64,000 nucleotides of DNA from Chitinophagaceae bacterium (lineage in GTDB: Bacteria > Bacteroidota > Bacteroidia > Chitinophagales > Chitinophagaceae), in assembly GCA_965200945.1 (NCBI GenBank), contig OZ241749.1:2268212-2332211 (forward strand), read 5' to 3'. Shown here piece after piece: positions 47,886 through 57,849 of the stretch. The position numbers and the translations under genes are program-made. Under the pieces are notes generated by a model. It was not told the origin of the DNA and did no database searches. It saw only the letters and a list, made by a program, of their open reading frames with translations. How positions within the stretch are numbered: the stretch's first letter is position 1; the number at the start of each line of letters is the position of its first letter.

Positions 47886-48101
47886 ATGGTAGAAAACCCT
47901 CAGCACGAAACAGTGAATAAAGTCACCGGAGAATCACTTGAACCGCACGAGAGCGCTGCCGGCAAAAAGGTAGATGCAGACCTGGACCTCGATACAGACC
48001 AGCCGGAAGAAGATGGAGATCTGATCACCGAGGAAAGTCAGAAAGGCAAAAACGTGGATGGCGACCCGGAAGATGAAAAGGACCAGCCAACGGTAGAATA
48101 A
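47886..48101 (+). CDS. hypothetical small acidic protein
   Basis: 71 aa, D/E-rich (DADLDLDTDQPEEDGDLITEE). Coding status is uncertain. Confidence 0.35.
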   Translation: MVENPQHETVNKVTGESLEPHESAAGKKVDADLDLDTDQPEEDGDLITEESQKGKNVDGDPEDEKDQPTVE

Positions 48102-48105
48102 ACCG

Positions 48106-48636
48106 TCACTGTTCGTTCGGCTGTTCGGGTGTTTTCAGCAGCAGATGATAAAAAACCAGGTCGAGCCATCGATTGAATTTGAAGCCCACCTCTTTGAAGT
48201 GGCCGGCTTCGGTAAAGCCGAAATTTGTATGCAGCCGGATGCTGGCTTCGTTCGTTGCATCAATGCCGGCGATGATAACATGCACATCCAGTTCTTTTGC
48301 CCGGTCGATGGTAACGCCCAGCAGTCTTTTTCCGATACCATGCCCCCGGTAACCGGGATGTACGTAAACTGAATTTTCCACCGTGTATTTATAGGCGGCC
48401 CAGGGCCGGTAAGGCCCGAAGGAAGCAAAGCCTGCCACTTCCCCTCCGATTTCAGCCACGATCACCGGGTGATTGTGTAATTGTTTCTGTCCAAACCACG
48501 TTCTCCGCATCTCGAGCGTATGGGGTGTGTAATCGTACACTGCAGTAGTATATAGAATTGAATGGTTGTATATCTCCAGGATGCCCGGCAGGTCAGCCTC
48601 CACCGCGTCGCGGATAAGCAGTTTGTTATCGTTCAT
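48106..48636 (-). CDS. GNAT family N-acetyltransferase (phosphinothricin/MnaT-like)
   Basis: MNDNKLLIRDAVEADLPGILEIYNHSI... and the acetyl-CoA motif YRGHGIGKRLL. Confidence 0.8.
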   Translation of the reverse strand: MNDNKLLIRDAVEADLPGILEIYNHSILYTTAVYDYTPHTLEMRRTWFGQKQLHNHPVIVAEIGGEVAGFASFGPYRPWAAYKYTVENSVYVHPGYRGHGIGKRLLGVTIDRAKELDVHVIIAGIDATNEASIRLHTNFGFTEAGHFKEVGFKFNRWLDLVFYHLLLKTPEQPNEQ

Positions 48637-48748
48637 GGTGTTGTCGTATTTGATCTCTTCGTCCGCAGTCATACATTGCATCTGCTATCTTCCCTGTTCC
48701 CAGCGGGTACATACAAACCGGAATGTGCGTTGGGCCTGTATCTAGCTG

Positions 48749-51184
48749 TTAATTTCTCACCGGCTTGCCACTCTTCAACACGCTTTGCAGGCGCTCCAAG
48801 GTCTTTCGTTCGCCAGTAAGGCTCAGGAAGGCCTGTCGCTCCAGATCAAGCAGGTATTGCTCGCTTACGAGGGCAGGCTCGCTGAGGTCGCCACCGCACA
48901 TTACGTAGGCAAGTTTCCGCGCCACCAGCGCATCGTGGTCGGTGGCGTAGTTTCCCCGCCACATGCCGTTGATGCCTGCGTACAGGGCGCCGAGCAGGCT
49001 CCGGCCATATACTTTGATGTCTGTGCGTTGCACCGGTAGGGTATAGCCTGCATCGTACAGCGAGATCACAGACTGCTTCGCTTCCCCGATCCTCCGCTCC
49101 TGGTTCATCACTACTTCGTCTATTCCTTTCCGTAAGATGCCCATGTTGAATGCTTCAAACGCGGATGTGGCCACTTTGGCCGTGGCAATGGTAAGGAAGC
49201 GGTTCTTGAGGGTGATGCTTTCCGGCTCGTCTTCATGCATCTCGTCAGCCGCCCGCAACACGAACTCTTTGGTGCCACCGCCCCCCGGGATCAATCCTAC
49301 GCCCAGCTCTACCAATCCGATATAGCTTTCCGCGGCGGCACATACCTTGTCGGCATGCAGGCTTAGCTCGCAGGCCCCGCCCAGCGTGAGTCCCAGGGGT
49401 GCCACCACAACCGGTACGGATGAATACCTCGCACGCATCATCGTATTCTGAAACAGCCGGATGGCCATATCGATCTCGTCGTATTCCTGCTCGATGGCCA
49501 GCATGAAGATCATGCCTATATTGGCGCCCGCGCTGAACTGTGCCGTGTCGTTGGCGATCACCAGCCCCTTGTATTTTTCCTCCGCCTGCGATATGGATCG
49601 TTGAATACCTTCAAGCACTTCGCCCCCGATGCTTCCCAGCTTGGTATGCCATTCGAGGCCCAGCACATCATCGCCCAGGTGATACAGGTTGCAGGCACCA
49701 TTCTTCCAGGCCGTCTGCCCGGCAAAATTCTTCATCACTATAAACGCCTCACCCCCCGGAATGGGCAGATACGAACCTTCTCCTTTTCCACCGCCGAGAG
49801 CAGGCTGGTAATATTTCCGCTGGCCGTCTTCAATTTTGTAAAAAGACGTGTGTCCGGCTGCAAGCAGTTCGTTCACCCAGGGCGCCACTGTGAAGCCGGC
49901 CGATTGCATTGCCTGGGTGGTTTTGGCCACGCCCAGCAGATCCCAGGTTTCAAAAGCGCCGATCTCCCAGCCGAAACCGGCTTTCATGGCATCATCCACG
50001 CGGTACAGCTCATCGCTGATCTCCGGGATGCGGTGTGAGATATAAGAAAACAGGTGATAATGAAACTGCCGGTAAAACTCCCCGGCCTTATCGGGTGAAG
50101 CAACCAGCATCTTCAGGCGGGTTCGCAGATCGTCGACCGGTTTGGCGGCTTCGAGCGCGGCAAATTTTACTTTCTGTTTGGGACGGTACTCCATCGTGGA
50201 GAGATCGATGCTGAGGATATCCGATTTCTCGCCTGCTTCCCCTCCCGTCTTTTTTTCTTTTTTATAAAAGCCCTGTTTCGACTTGTCACCCAGCCAGTTG
50301 CTGTCCACCATTTTCCCGAGCCAGTCAGGTATCTGAAAGATCTCCCTGGCTTCATCCTCCGGACAGTTCTCCGCCACTCCCCGGGCTACTTTCACCAGGG
50401 TGTCTATACCTACCACATCGGCGGTTCTGAAGGTAGCGGATTTGGGACGGCCGATGATGGGCCCCGTAAGCGCATCGACTTCATCTACGGTGAGGCCAAG
50501 GGTTCCGACCAGCTTGAAGATAGACATGATGCTGAACACACCGATCCTGTTGGCGATAAAAGCCGGCGTGTCTTTGCACAGCACCGTTGTTTTACCGAGA
50601 TGCAGATCGCCGTATTGCATCAGAAAATCGATGACGGAAGGATCTGTATATTTAGTGGGGATGATCTCGAGCAACCGGAGGTAGCGCGGCGGGTTGAAGA
50701 AATGGGTACCGCAGAAATGCTTCTGAAAATCTTCACTTCGTCCTTCCGCCATCATGTGGATGGGGATGCCGGAGGTATTGGAAGTAACGAGGGTACCCGG
50801 CCTGCGGTATTTTTCCACTTCGCCGAACACCGACTGTTTTATATCCAGCCGTTCGATCACCACCTCAATCACCCAGTCGCACCCGGCAATATCTTTCATG
50901 TTGTCGGTGAAGTTGCCGGTCCGGATCCGTTTTGCCACCGCTTTGTCGTACACCGGGGAAGGATTTGATTGCAAGGCGGACTGCAGCGCTTCATTCACGA
51001 TCCGGTTCTTTACAGCCGGGTGGTCGAGGCTAAGGCCTTTGGCTTTTTCAGCTTCAGACACTTCTTTGGGAGCAATATCGAGCAGCAGCACCTCTACGCC
51101 CGTTCCGGCAAAATGACAGGCAATGCGGCTGCCCATCACACCGCTTCCCAGTACGGCTATTTTTTTTACAATGCGTCTTGACAT
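48749..51184 (-). CDS. bifunctional 3-hydroxyacyl-CoA dehydrogenase / enoyl-CoA hydratase family protein
   Basis: N-terminal Rossmann motif IAVLGSGVMGSRIA plus HFFNPP, and a C-terminal crotonase-like region. 811 aa. Confidence 0.9.
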   Translation of the reverse strand: MSRRIVKKIAVLGSGVMGSRIACHFAGTGVEVLLLDIAPKEVSEAEKAKGLSLDHPAVKNRIVNEALQSALQSNPSPVYDKAVAKRIRTGNFTDNMKDIAGCDWVIEVVIERLDIKQSVFGEVEKYRRPGTLVTSNTSGIPIHMMAEGRSEDFQKHFCGTHFFNPPRYLRLLEIIPTKYTDPSVIDFLMQYGDLHLGKTTVLCKDTPAFIANRIGVFSIMSIFKLVGTLGLTVDEVDALTGPIIGRPKSATFRTADVVGIDTLVKVARGVAENCPEDEAREIFQIPDWLGKMVDSNWLGDKSKQGFYKKEKKTGGEAGEKSDILSIDLSTMEYRPKQKVKFAALEAAKPVDDLRTRLKMLVASPDKAGEFYRQFHYHLFSYISHRIPEISDELYRVDDAMKAGFGWEIGAFETWDLLGVAKTTQAMQSAGFTVAPWVNELLAAGHTSFYKIEDGQRKYYQPALGGGKGEGSYLPIPGGEAFIVMKNFAGQTAWKNGACNLYHLGDDVLGLEWHTKLGSIGGEVLEGIQRSISQAEEKYKGLVIANDTAQFSAGANIGMIFMLAIEQEYDEIDMAIRLFQNTMMRARYSSVPVVVAPLGLTLGGACELSLHADKVCAAAESYIGLVELGVGLIPGGGGTKEFVLRAADEMHEDEPESITLKNRFLTIATAKVATSAFEAFNMGILRKGIDEVVMNQERRIGEAKQSVISLYDAGYTLPVQRTDIKVYGRSLLGALYAGINGMWRGNYATDHDALVARKLAYVMCGGDLSEPALVSEQYLLDLERQAFLSLTGERKTLERLQSVLKSGKPVRN

Positions 51185-51354
51185 ATAAATTAGTTAGTTA
51201 AACAACCATTATCGAAGTTAATACAAAATCGTTCACCCGTCACTTCCAAAGATGTGAAAATAAGGTGCATCCAGCAGGCAGATTGGTAGTTTCGGAGTGC
51301 ACTTTTTTTATATGGTTCCGGCCGGTTATTTTTATAGAATTATTTATTTAAGTC

Positions 51355-53073
51355 ATGGTCCCACTCCTGCAAATAAAAGACCTCCGCATCAGTTTCGATT
51401 CCCCGACGGGGCCCGTAACTGCGCTGCAGGATATTTCTTTTGAAGTTGCCAGGAATGAGATCGTGGCCATCGTGGGAGAATCGGGCTCAGGGAAATCAGT
51501 TACTTCCCTGTCGGTGCTGCAACTGCTCCCTTCGCCACCCGCGAGGGTTTTACAGGGACAAATCCTTTTTGCGCCGGACGGTACCCAACAACAGGATCTG
51601 CTCACCCTGTTGCCTGAAGAGATCAGGAAGATACGCGGCAACCAGATCGCAATGATCTTCCAGGAACCGATGACCTCCCTCAATCCCGTACTCACCTGTG
51701 GCGAGCAGGTGATGGAAGCGATCAGGCTCCATGAAAAGGTTACGGAAGCCGATGCGAAAGAAAGAGTGCTGGCCCTCTTTGAAAAAGTAAAGCTGCCCGA
51801 TCCACCACAGCTGTTCCGGCGCTATCCGTACCAGCTCAGCGGCGGACAAAAGCAGCGGGTGATGATCGCAATGGCCATCAGCTGCAACCCGGCCCTCCTG
51901 ATCGCTGATGAACCGACCACCGCGCTGGATGTTTCCGTGCAGAAAAGCATTCTGCTGCTGTTGAAAGAACTGCAGGCGCAGTTCAATATGGGCGTCATCT
52001 TTATCACCCATGATCTTGGCGTGGTGTCGGAGATCGCCGACAAGGTGGTAGTAATGTACAAAGGGAATATTGTTGAGCACGGTCGGGCCGCAGCCGTTCT
52101 TCGTTTCCCGCAGCATCCATATACAAAAGCCTTGCTGAACTGCCGGCCGGTGCTGCACGACAAAGGCGACCGTTTGCCGGTGGTGAGTGATTTTATGCAG
52201 GTCGACGCCGGCGGGACTATAGTCGAAAAAAAAGGGTGGGTGAAAAAGGAGAACGATCCTCCTGTACCTGTAATCAGCAATGGGTCTTCCTCTCCCTTGC
52301 TTGATGTAAAAGACCTCCGGGTATGGTTCCCGGGAAAGAAAGCCTGGCTGGGCAAGGCGGCTCTTCCTACAAAAGCGGTGGATGGGGTCAGTTTCGATGT
52401 ATGGAGGGGGGAAACGATCGGGCTCGTAGGCGAATCGGGTTGCGGCAAAACGACGCTGGGCCGCACGCTGCTGCGGCTGATAGAGCCTACTGCAGGCAAG
52501 GTCTTGTTTGATCAGCAGGATCTTACTAGCTACAACAAGGGCGACCTGCGCCGGCTTCGCAAAAATATGCAGCTCGTATTCCAGGACCCCTATTCCTCAC
52601 TCAACCCCGGCTTAACGGTGGGACAGGCACTGGTGGAACCGTTGCGCATACACGGCATGTTGAAAACCGACCGGGAGAGAAAAGAAAAAGCCGTGGAATT
52701 GCTGGAGAAGGTTGACTTGAAAGCTGCACATTACAACCGGTATCCGCACCAGTTCAGCGGGGGCCAGCGCCAGCGGATCGTGATCGCACGGGCGCTGATC
52801 ACCAACCCTTCCTTCATCGTGTTCGACGAGTCTGTGTCTTCCCTCGATGTGAGCGTGCAGGCGCAGGTGCTCAACCTGCTGACCGATCTGAAAAAAGAGT
52901 TTGGTTTTACCGCCGTATTTATATCGCACGACCTCTCGGTAGTGCATTATATCAGCGACCGCATCATCGTAATGAACAAGGGGAAAATTGAAGAAAGCGG
53001 GTTGTCGGATGAAGTTTATTACCGCCCGAAAGCTGCGTACACACAGCAGCTCATCAAAGCGATCTTGAAATAA
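51355..53073 (+). CDS. ABC transporter ATP-binding protein with two fused NBDs (DppD/DppF- or YejF-like)
   Basis: Two Walker A sites ([16 protein letters not shown]), two signatures ([16 protein letters not shown]) and two Walker B sites. Confidence 0.9.
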   Translation: MVPLLQIKDLRISFDSPTGPVTALQDISFEVARNEIVAIVGESGSGKSVTSLSVLQLLPSPPARVLQGQILFAPDGTQQQDLLTLLPEEIRKIRGNQIAMIFQEPMTSLNPVLTCGEQVMEAIRLHEKVTEADAKERVLALFEKVKLPDPPQLFRRYPYQLSGGQKQRVMIAMAISCNPALLIADEPTTALDVSVQKSILLLLKELQAQFNMGVIFITHDLGVVSEIADKVVVMYKGNIVEHGRAAAVLRFPQHPYTKALLNCRPVLHDKGDRLPVVSDFMQVDAGGTIVEKKGWVKKENDPPVPVISNGSSSPLLDVKDLRVWFPGKKAWLGKAALPTKAVDGVSFDVWRGETIGLVGESGCGKTTLGRTLLRLIEPTAGKVLFDQQDLTSYNKGDLRRLRKNMQLVFQDPYSSLNPGLTVGQALVEPLRIHGMLKTDRERKEKAVELLEKVDLKAAHYNRYPHQFSGGQRQRIVIARALITNPSFIVFDESVSSLDVSVQAQVLNLLTDLKKEFGFTAVFISHDLSVVHYISDRIIVMNKGKIEESGLSDEVYYRPKAAYTQQLIKAILK

Positions 53074-53089
53074 AATTCCTTACTGCAAG

Positions 53090-54523
53090 CTACATGGCTA
53101 CCAGCTGCACTTTCTGTTGCAGCTCGATCACATTTTCGCGGAAAGAATGGTCCGTGTCCATCAGGTCTTTTACCGTCTGGCAGGAATGGATCACTGTTGT
53201 ATGGTCACGCCCGCCGAAGTGTTCACCGATGGTTTTCAGGGAATTTTTAGTGAAGGCTTTGGCGAGGAACATGGTGATCTGCCGCGCCTGCACGATCTCA
53301 CGCTTGCGTGTTTTCTGCAGAAGCTTGTCGTAAGAGATATCGAAGTAATCACACACCATTTTCTGGATGATCTCGATGGTGATCTCTTTGGAAGAAGTTT
53401 TTACAAAATTCCGGAGCACGCGTTTGGCCAGTTCCAGGTCGATGTCGCGCCTGTTGAGGGACGACTGCGCCAGCAGCGAAATAAGCGCGCCTTCGAGCTC
53501 GCGTACGTTGCTGTTGATGTTGTAAGCGAGGTATTTCACCACCTCTTTCGGCATATCGAGCCCGTCGTTCTTCATCTTTCTTTCGAGGATCTCGATGCGG
53601 GTATCGTAGTCAGGGATCAGTACATCTGCACTGAGGCCCCAGCGGAAACGGCTGAGCAGTCTTTCCTGTACCCCTTCCATATCTTTTGGCGCCTTGTCGG
53701 AGGTAAGAATGAGTTGCTTGCCCGACTGGTGCAGGTGGTTGAAGATCGCAAAAAAAGCATCCTGCGATTTTTCCGCGCGGTTGAAGAACTGCACGTCGTC
53801 TATGATGAGCACATCGATGAGCTGGTAAAAATGGATGAAATCGTTGATGGCGTTGTTGCGGCTGTGGTCGATGAACTGGTTGATGAATTTTTCGGAGCTC
53901 ACATACAGCACCACCTTGCTGGCCTGGCTTCTTTTTACTTCGTTGCCGATGGCCTGCGCCAGGTGCGTTTTGCCAAGCCCCACGCCGCCATAGATCACGA
54001 GCGGATTGAACGAATTGGCACCCGGTTTTTCCGCAACGGTCTTTCCTGCGCGCCGCGCCACACGGTTGCAATCGCCTTCTATGTATGTATCGAAAGTGTA
54101 GATCGCATTGAGCTGCGGATCGATCTGCATCTTCTTGAGACCGGGGATCACAAATGGATTCTTCACCGGGTTGCTGATGACAAGCGGGAAATCCATTTCG
54201 TTGTTTGAGAAGGTCTTGTAACCTTGAGCCGGAACATCCATAGTAAGGGGTTTGTTTTGATGATTTCCGCTGTCTACCATGATGCGATATTCCAGTTGTG
54301 CATCCTTGCCCAACACCCTGCGCAATGTCTTTGCAAGCAGGTTAACGTAGTGTTCTTCGAGATACTCGTAAAAGAATTGGCTTGGCACCTGGATCACTAA
54401 AACATTCTCTTTAAGTTCAACCGCCCTGATAGGCTCGAACCATGTTTTAAAATGCTGCCATTCAACAATATCCTTTATGATATCAAGACATTCACTCCAG
54501 ACTTTTTCTAAAGCTTTGGGCAT
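53090..54523 (-). CDS. dnaA: chromosomal replication initiator protein DnaA
   Basis: GGVGLGKTHL, IDDVQF, the sensor regions, and the C-terminal DNA-binding helix GGRDHTTVIHSC. Confidence 0.97.
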   Translation of the reverse strand: MPKALEKVWSECLDIIKDIVEWQHFKTWFEPIRAVELKENVLVIQVPSQFFYEYLEEHYVNLLAKTLRRVLGKDAQLEYRIMVDSGNHQNKPLTMDVPAQGYKTFSNNEMDFPLVISNPVKNPFVIPGLKKMQIDPQLNAIYTFDTYIEGDCNRVARRAGKTVAEKPGANSFNPLVIYGGVGLGKTHLAQAIGNEVKRSQASKVVLYVSSEKFINQFIDHSRNNAINDFIHFYQLIDVLIIDDVQFFNRAEKSQDAFFAIFNHLHQSGKQLILTSDKAPKDMEGVQERLLSRFRWGLSADVLIPDYDTRIEILERKMKNDGLDMPKEVVKYLAYNINSNVRELEGALISLLAQSSLNRRDIDLELAKRVLRNFVKTSSKEITIEIIQKMVCDYFDISYDKLLQKTRKREIVQARQITMFLAKAFTKNSLKTIGEHFGGRDHTTVIHSCQTVKDLMDTDHSFRENVIELQQKVQLVAM

Positions 54524-55182
54524 GAATTTGTAAACAGTTTATAATACCTTTTCGATCCACCAATTGCATCCATAGGAATCAAGAACGCATCAACAAAAAA
54601 AATTTGCAGGGAAACGAATATCAAAATTTTTTGTTGAAAAAAAAATTTTTATTCTGTTGTTTTATTACCCGTGACAACAGTATCAATGTTCCACAGAAAC
54701 TGAGTTTTTTCCACGCAAAAACGCACAGTGGAATCTCCTTCAAATAACAGCTGTAACCTTACTGATAAACAACCTGATGAAGTAACTGCTTCTGTTTTCA
54801 TATATTAAAAAATCACGACGCTTCCTGTAAAAAATTTCTTCGGATATTTTCTTCTTCCTGAATGGTCAACCCTTACTATCAAATTTATTGCCGTAAAATT
54901 TCCGATCCCATTTTCAGCATGAAATGCAGGTCTGATGCAGACATTACAAAAAACTTGCATCACATGTGTTGAAGCATATTCTTTTGCTTTTCTTCAAGAG
55001 TTCAACACAGATGAAAATCACATTGGGAGTGCAATGCTTTGCATAGGAACAGATACTGGCAAAACTGACATAACAAATAAAATGCAGCATGATTATCTGC
55101 AGACCTGATGAACATGCTTACTATAAAAAGAGAAAGCCGGAGATTAAACTCAGGCTTTCTCTTTTTATATTTATCTGCTCCA
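54524..55182. other. candidate oriC (dnaA-recQ intergenic region)
   Basis: A 659-bp non-coding, AT-rich gap. A very A/T-rich tract at about 54590-54665 contains an inverted repeat (caacaaaaaa 54591-54600 / ttttttgttg 54627-54636). Degenerate DnaA-box-like 9-mers cluster nearby: tgttccaca at 54687-54695, ttttccacg at 54707-54715, the reverse-oriented agtggaatc at 54726-54734, and cgatccacc at 54553-54561. Confidence 0.45.
55123..55168 (-). terminator. intrinsic, potentially bidirectional terminator downstream of recQ
   Basis: Perfect 16-nt arms (ataaaaagagaaagcc / ggctttctctttttat) with a 14-nt loop. A/T runs lie on both sides. Confidence 0.7.
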
Positions 55183-57450
55183 CTAAATTCCGTATTCGCA
55201 GAGGAACTTGATGCGCATGAGCTTGAGCTGCTCCCAGGTATAATCACCTGCACTGAGCTCCTGCAAAGCTATATCAAGACTGCTTGTTTCGCAGCTCTTG
55301 AAATAGTCCAGGATCTCATCCTGTTCATCTTCGTCCACCATCTCGTCGATCGCATAACTCAGGTTGAGCTTGGTACCGCTGCCCACGATCGTTTCCATTT
55401 CCTCGAGCAGGTTGTCGATCTGCATGTCCTTGCTTTTTGCGATCGTATCGAGCGACACTTTTTTATCCGTCTGCTGTATGATGAAAACTTTTAATCCGCT
55501 TTTATTTACCACGCTCTTCATCACAAAATCATCCGGACGTTCGATACTGTTTTCTTCCACATACTTCGCGATCATTTCAACAAAAGGCTTTCCATACCGA
55601 AGCGCTTTCCCTTTGCTGACACCCTGGCATTTTTCCAGCTCCTGCGTGGTGGTGGGATACAGTGTGGCCATATCCTGCAGACTTGTTTCCAGGAAGATCA
55701 CGAAAGGCGGCAGGCCTTTTCTTTTGGCTTCTATCTGGCGAAGATCTTTCAGCATCTCAAGCAGCTTCTCGTCTGTGGCGCTGCTGGTGGCTGTTTCGGT
55801 GATGCCTTCATCGTCATCTGCGTTGGCATCTTCAAATGAATTGTTCATCACGATCATCATCGACACCGGTTTCTTGAGGAACTTTTCCCCTTTCGCCGTG
55901 ATCTTGAGCACGCCATATTGCTCGATGTCTTTCTGAAGCATTCCACAAAGGATCAACTGCCTGATGAGCGAGTTCCAATAGTGCTCCTGTTCGACTTTGC
56001 CGCTTCCGAATTCGGCAATGCCATCGTGACGGAACATCTGTACCTGTGGGGTCAATTTTCCCAACAACACGTTCACTACGTACTCGGTAGCAAAACTTTC
56101 ATTCAGGGCCTTCACCGTCTTCAGGGCTTTGACCGCATTTTCTTTTGCCTCGATCTTTTCTTTCGGATGTAAACAGTTGTCGCAGCTCCCGCAATTCTCG
56201 GTAGTGAATTCCTCGCCGAAATAACTGATCAGCACTTTTCTTCTGCACACCCCGCTCTCTGCAAACGCAACGGTTTCGTTGATGAGCTGTCCGCCCACTT
56301 CGCGCTCGCTCAGCGGCTTGTCGCGCATCAGGTGCTCAAGCTTCGACACGTCTTTGTGCGAGTAATAGAGAATGCATTTTCCTTCGAGCCCGTCACGTCC
56401 GGCGCGGCCGGTTTCCTGATAATAGTTCTCGATGCTTTTTGGAATATTGTAGTGGATCACAAACCTTACATCCGGTTTGTCGATGCCCATGCCGAAGGCG
56501 ATTGTTGCCACGATCACCTGTACATCTTCGGTCAGAAACTGATCCTGCCGCTGCGCCCTCAGCTTGCTGTCGAGCCCGGCATGGTATGCAACCGCCTTGA
56601 TGTTGTTGGCCATGAGCATATCTGCCAGCTCTTCGGTCGTCTTTCTGTTGAGCGTATAGATGATACCGCTTTTACCTTTGTTCTGCACGATGAACCGCAC
56701 GATGCTTTTGATCGTTTCCGGTTTGTTGATCTTGGGCAGTACTTCGTAATATAGGTTGGGACGGTTGAATGATGAGATAAAAATGTTGGGGTCCTTGAGA
56801 CCGAGGTTTTTGACGATGTCGCTTTGCACCTTGGGAGTGGCGGTTGCAGTGAGCGCGATCACCGGTATGCTGTCGTTGATTATTTCCATCATCTCACGAA
56901 GCCGGCGGTATTCCGGGCGGAAGTCGTGCCCCCATTCGGAGATGCAATGCGCTTCGTCTACTGCGAAAAATGAGATCGGAAGCTCTTTGAAAAAATCGAG
57001 GTTATCCTGTTTGGTCAGTGTTTCCGGAGCAACATAGAGCATCTTTGTTTTGCCGGTGGTAAGATCGTCTTTGACCTGTGAAATTTCTTTTTTGGTAAGG
57101 GTGGAATTCAGGAAGTGGGCGATGTCGTCGTTGCTGCTGTAGCTACGCACGAGATCGACCTGGTTCTTCATAAGGGCGATGAGCGGAGAAACGATGATGG
57201 CCACGCCGTCGCTCATGATGGCCGGCAACTGGTAACAAAGACTTTTGCCGCCGCCGGTGGGCATGATCACGAATGTATCTTTTCCCGAGGTCAGCGACTC
57301 GATGATCGCCTCCTGTTCGCCTTTGAAAGAATCGAATCCGAAATGATGCTGAAGTTTTTCCTGAAGGTTTTTGTTTGCCTTTGTTTTCGCGGAAGTTTTG
57401 GTAGTTTTCTGTAGAGTACTTTTCTTAGTAGTTGTAATAGCCATGATCAA
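55183..57450 (-). CDS. recQ: ATP-dependent DNA helicase RecQ
   Basis: MPTGGGKSLCYQLPA, DEAHCISEWGHDFRPEY, a zinc-binding CxxC region, and RQC and HRDC domains. 755 aa. Confidence 0.95.
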   Translation of the reverse strand: MIMAITTTKKSTLQKTTKTSAKTKANKNLQEKLQHHFGFDSFKGEQEAIIESLTSGKDTFVIMPTGGGKSLCYQLPAIMSDGVAIIVSPLIALMKNQVDLVRSYSSNDDIAHFLNSTLTKKEISQVKDDLTTGKTKMLYVAPETLTKQDNLDFFKELPISFFAVDEAHCISEWGHDFRPEYRRLREMMEIINDSIPVIALTATATPKVQSDIVKNLGLKDPNIFISSFNRPNLYYEVLPKINKPETIKSIVRFIVQNKGKSGIIYTLNRKTTEELADMLMANNIKAVAYHAGLDSKLRAQRQDQFLTEDVQVIVATIAFGMGIDKPDVRFVIHYNIPKSIENYYQETGRAGRDGLEGKCILYYSHKDVSKLEHLMRDKPLSEREVGGQLINETVAFAESGVCRRKVLISYFGEEFTTENCGSCDNCLHPKEKIEAKENAVKALKTVKALNESFATEYVVNVLLGKLTPQVQMFRHDGIAEFGSGKVEQEHYWNSLIRQLILCGMLQKDIEQYGVLKITAKGEKFLKKPVSMMIVMNNSFEDANADDDEGITETATSSATDEKLLEMLKDLRQIEAKRKGLPPFVIFLETSLQDMATLYPTTTQELEKCQGVSKGKALRYGKPFVEMIAKYVEENSIERPDDFVMKSVVNKSGLKVFIIQQTDKKVSLDTIAKSKDMQIDNLLEEMETIVGSGTKLNLSYAIDEMVDEDEQDEILDYFKSCETSSLDIALQELSAGDYTWEQLKLMRIKFLCEYGI

Positions 57451-57486
57451 TTTAGTTTTCCCGTCCCTGGACTAGAGACCCAATTT

Positions 57487-57494
57487 CAAAAATA
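57487..57494 (-). promoter_or_regulatory. Bacteroidota -7 box (TATTTTTG on the minus strand) upstream of recQ
   Basis: Matches the TAnnTTTG consensus and lies about 37 nt upstream of the recQ start. Confidence 0.35.
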
Positions 57495-57830
57495 ACGGAA
57501 TTGAGTTTCAAAGATTGTTCCGCAATCACTCGGACTCAATTTATGTTGTGGATTAAGGTTTATCCCGGTATGCATCGATAAGAGATTTCTTGTACAATTC
57601 TCCGTATTCAGCAGCCGGTACCGGCAAGCAGAACTTACAGCCGTTTCTGTTAAGGATCGCGAATATACAAAAATGGGCGGGGTAATCGTGCTTTACGATT
57701 GTTAATAATGTAAGGTACTGATTACAAACAAAATAAACACCATAAATCTTCGCTGCCACCATGCAGCTATTCACTAAATGCACTCGCTTTCGCCGCTGCC
57801 GGAACGCATGAACCGTATAGGATAAAAATC

Positions 57831-57838
57831 TAATTTTG
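57831..57838 (+). promoter_or_regulatory. Bacteroidota -7 box TAATTTTG upstream of kpsF
   Basis: Exact TAnnTTTG match 12 nt before the ATG at 57850. Confidence 0.4.
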
Positions 57839-57849
57839 CGTGATCTGCA

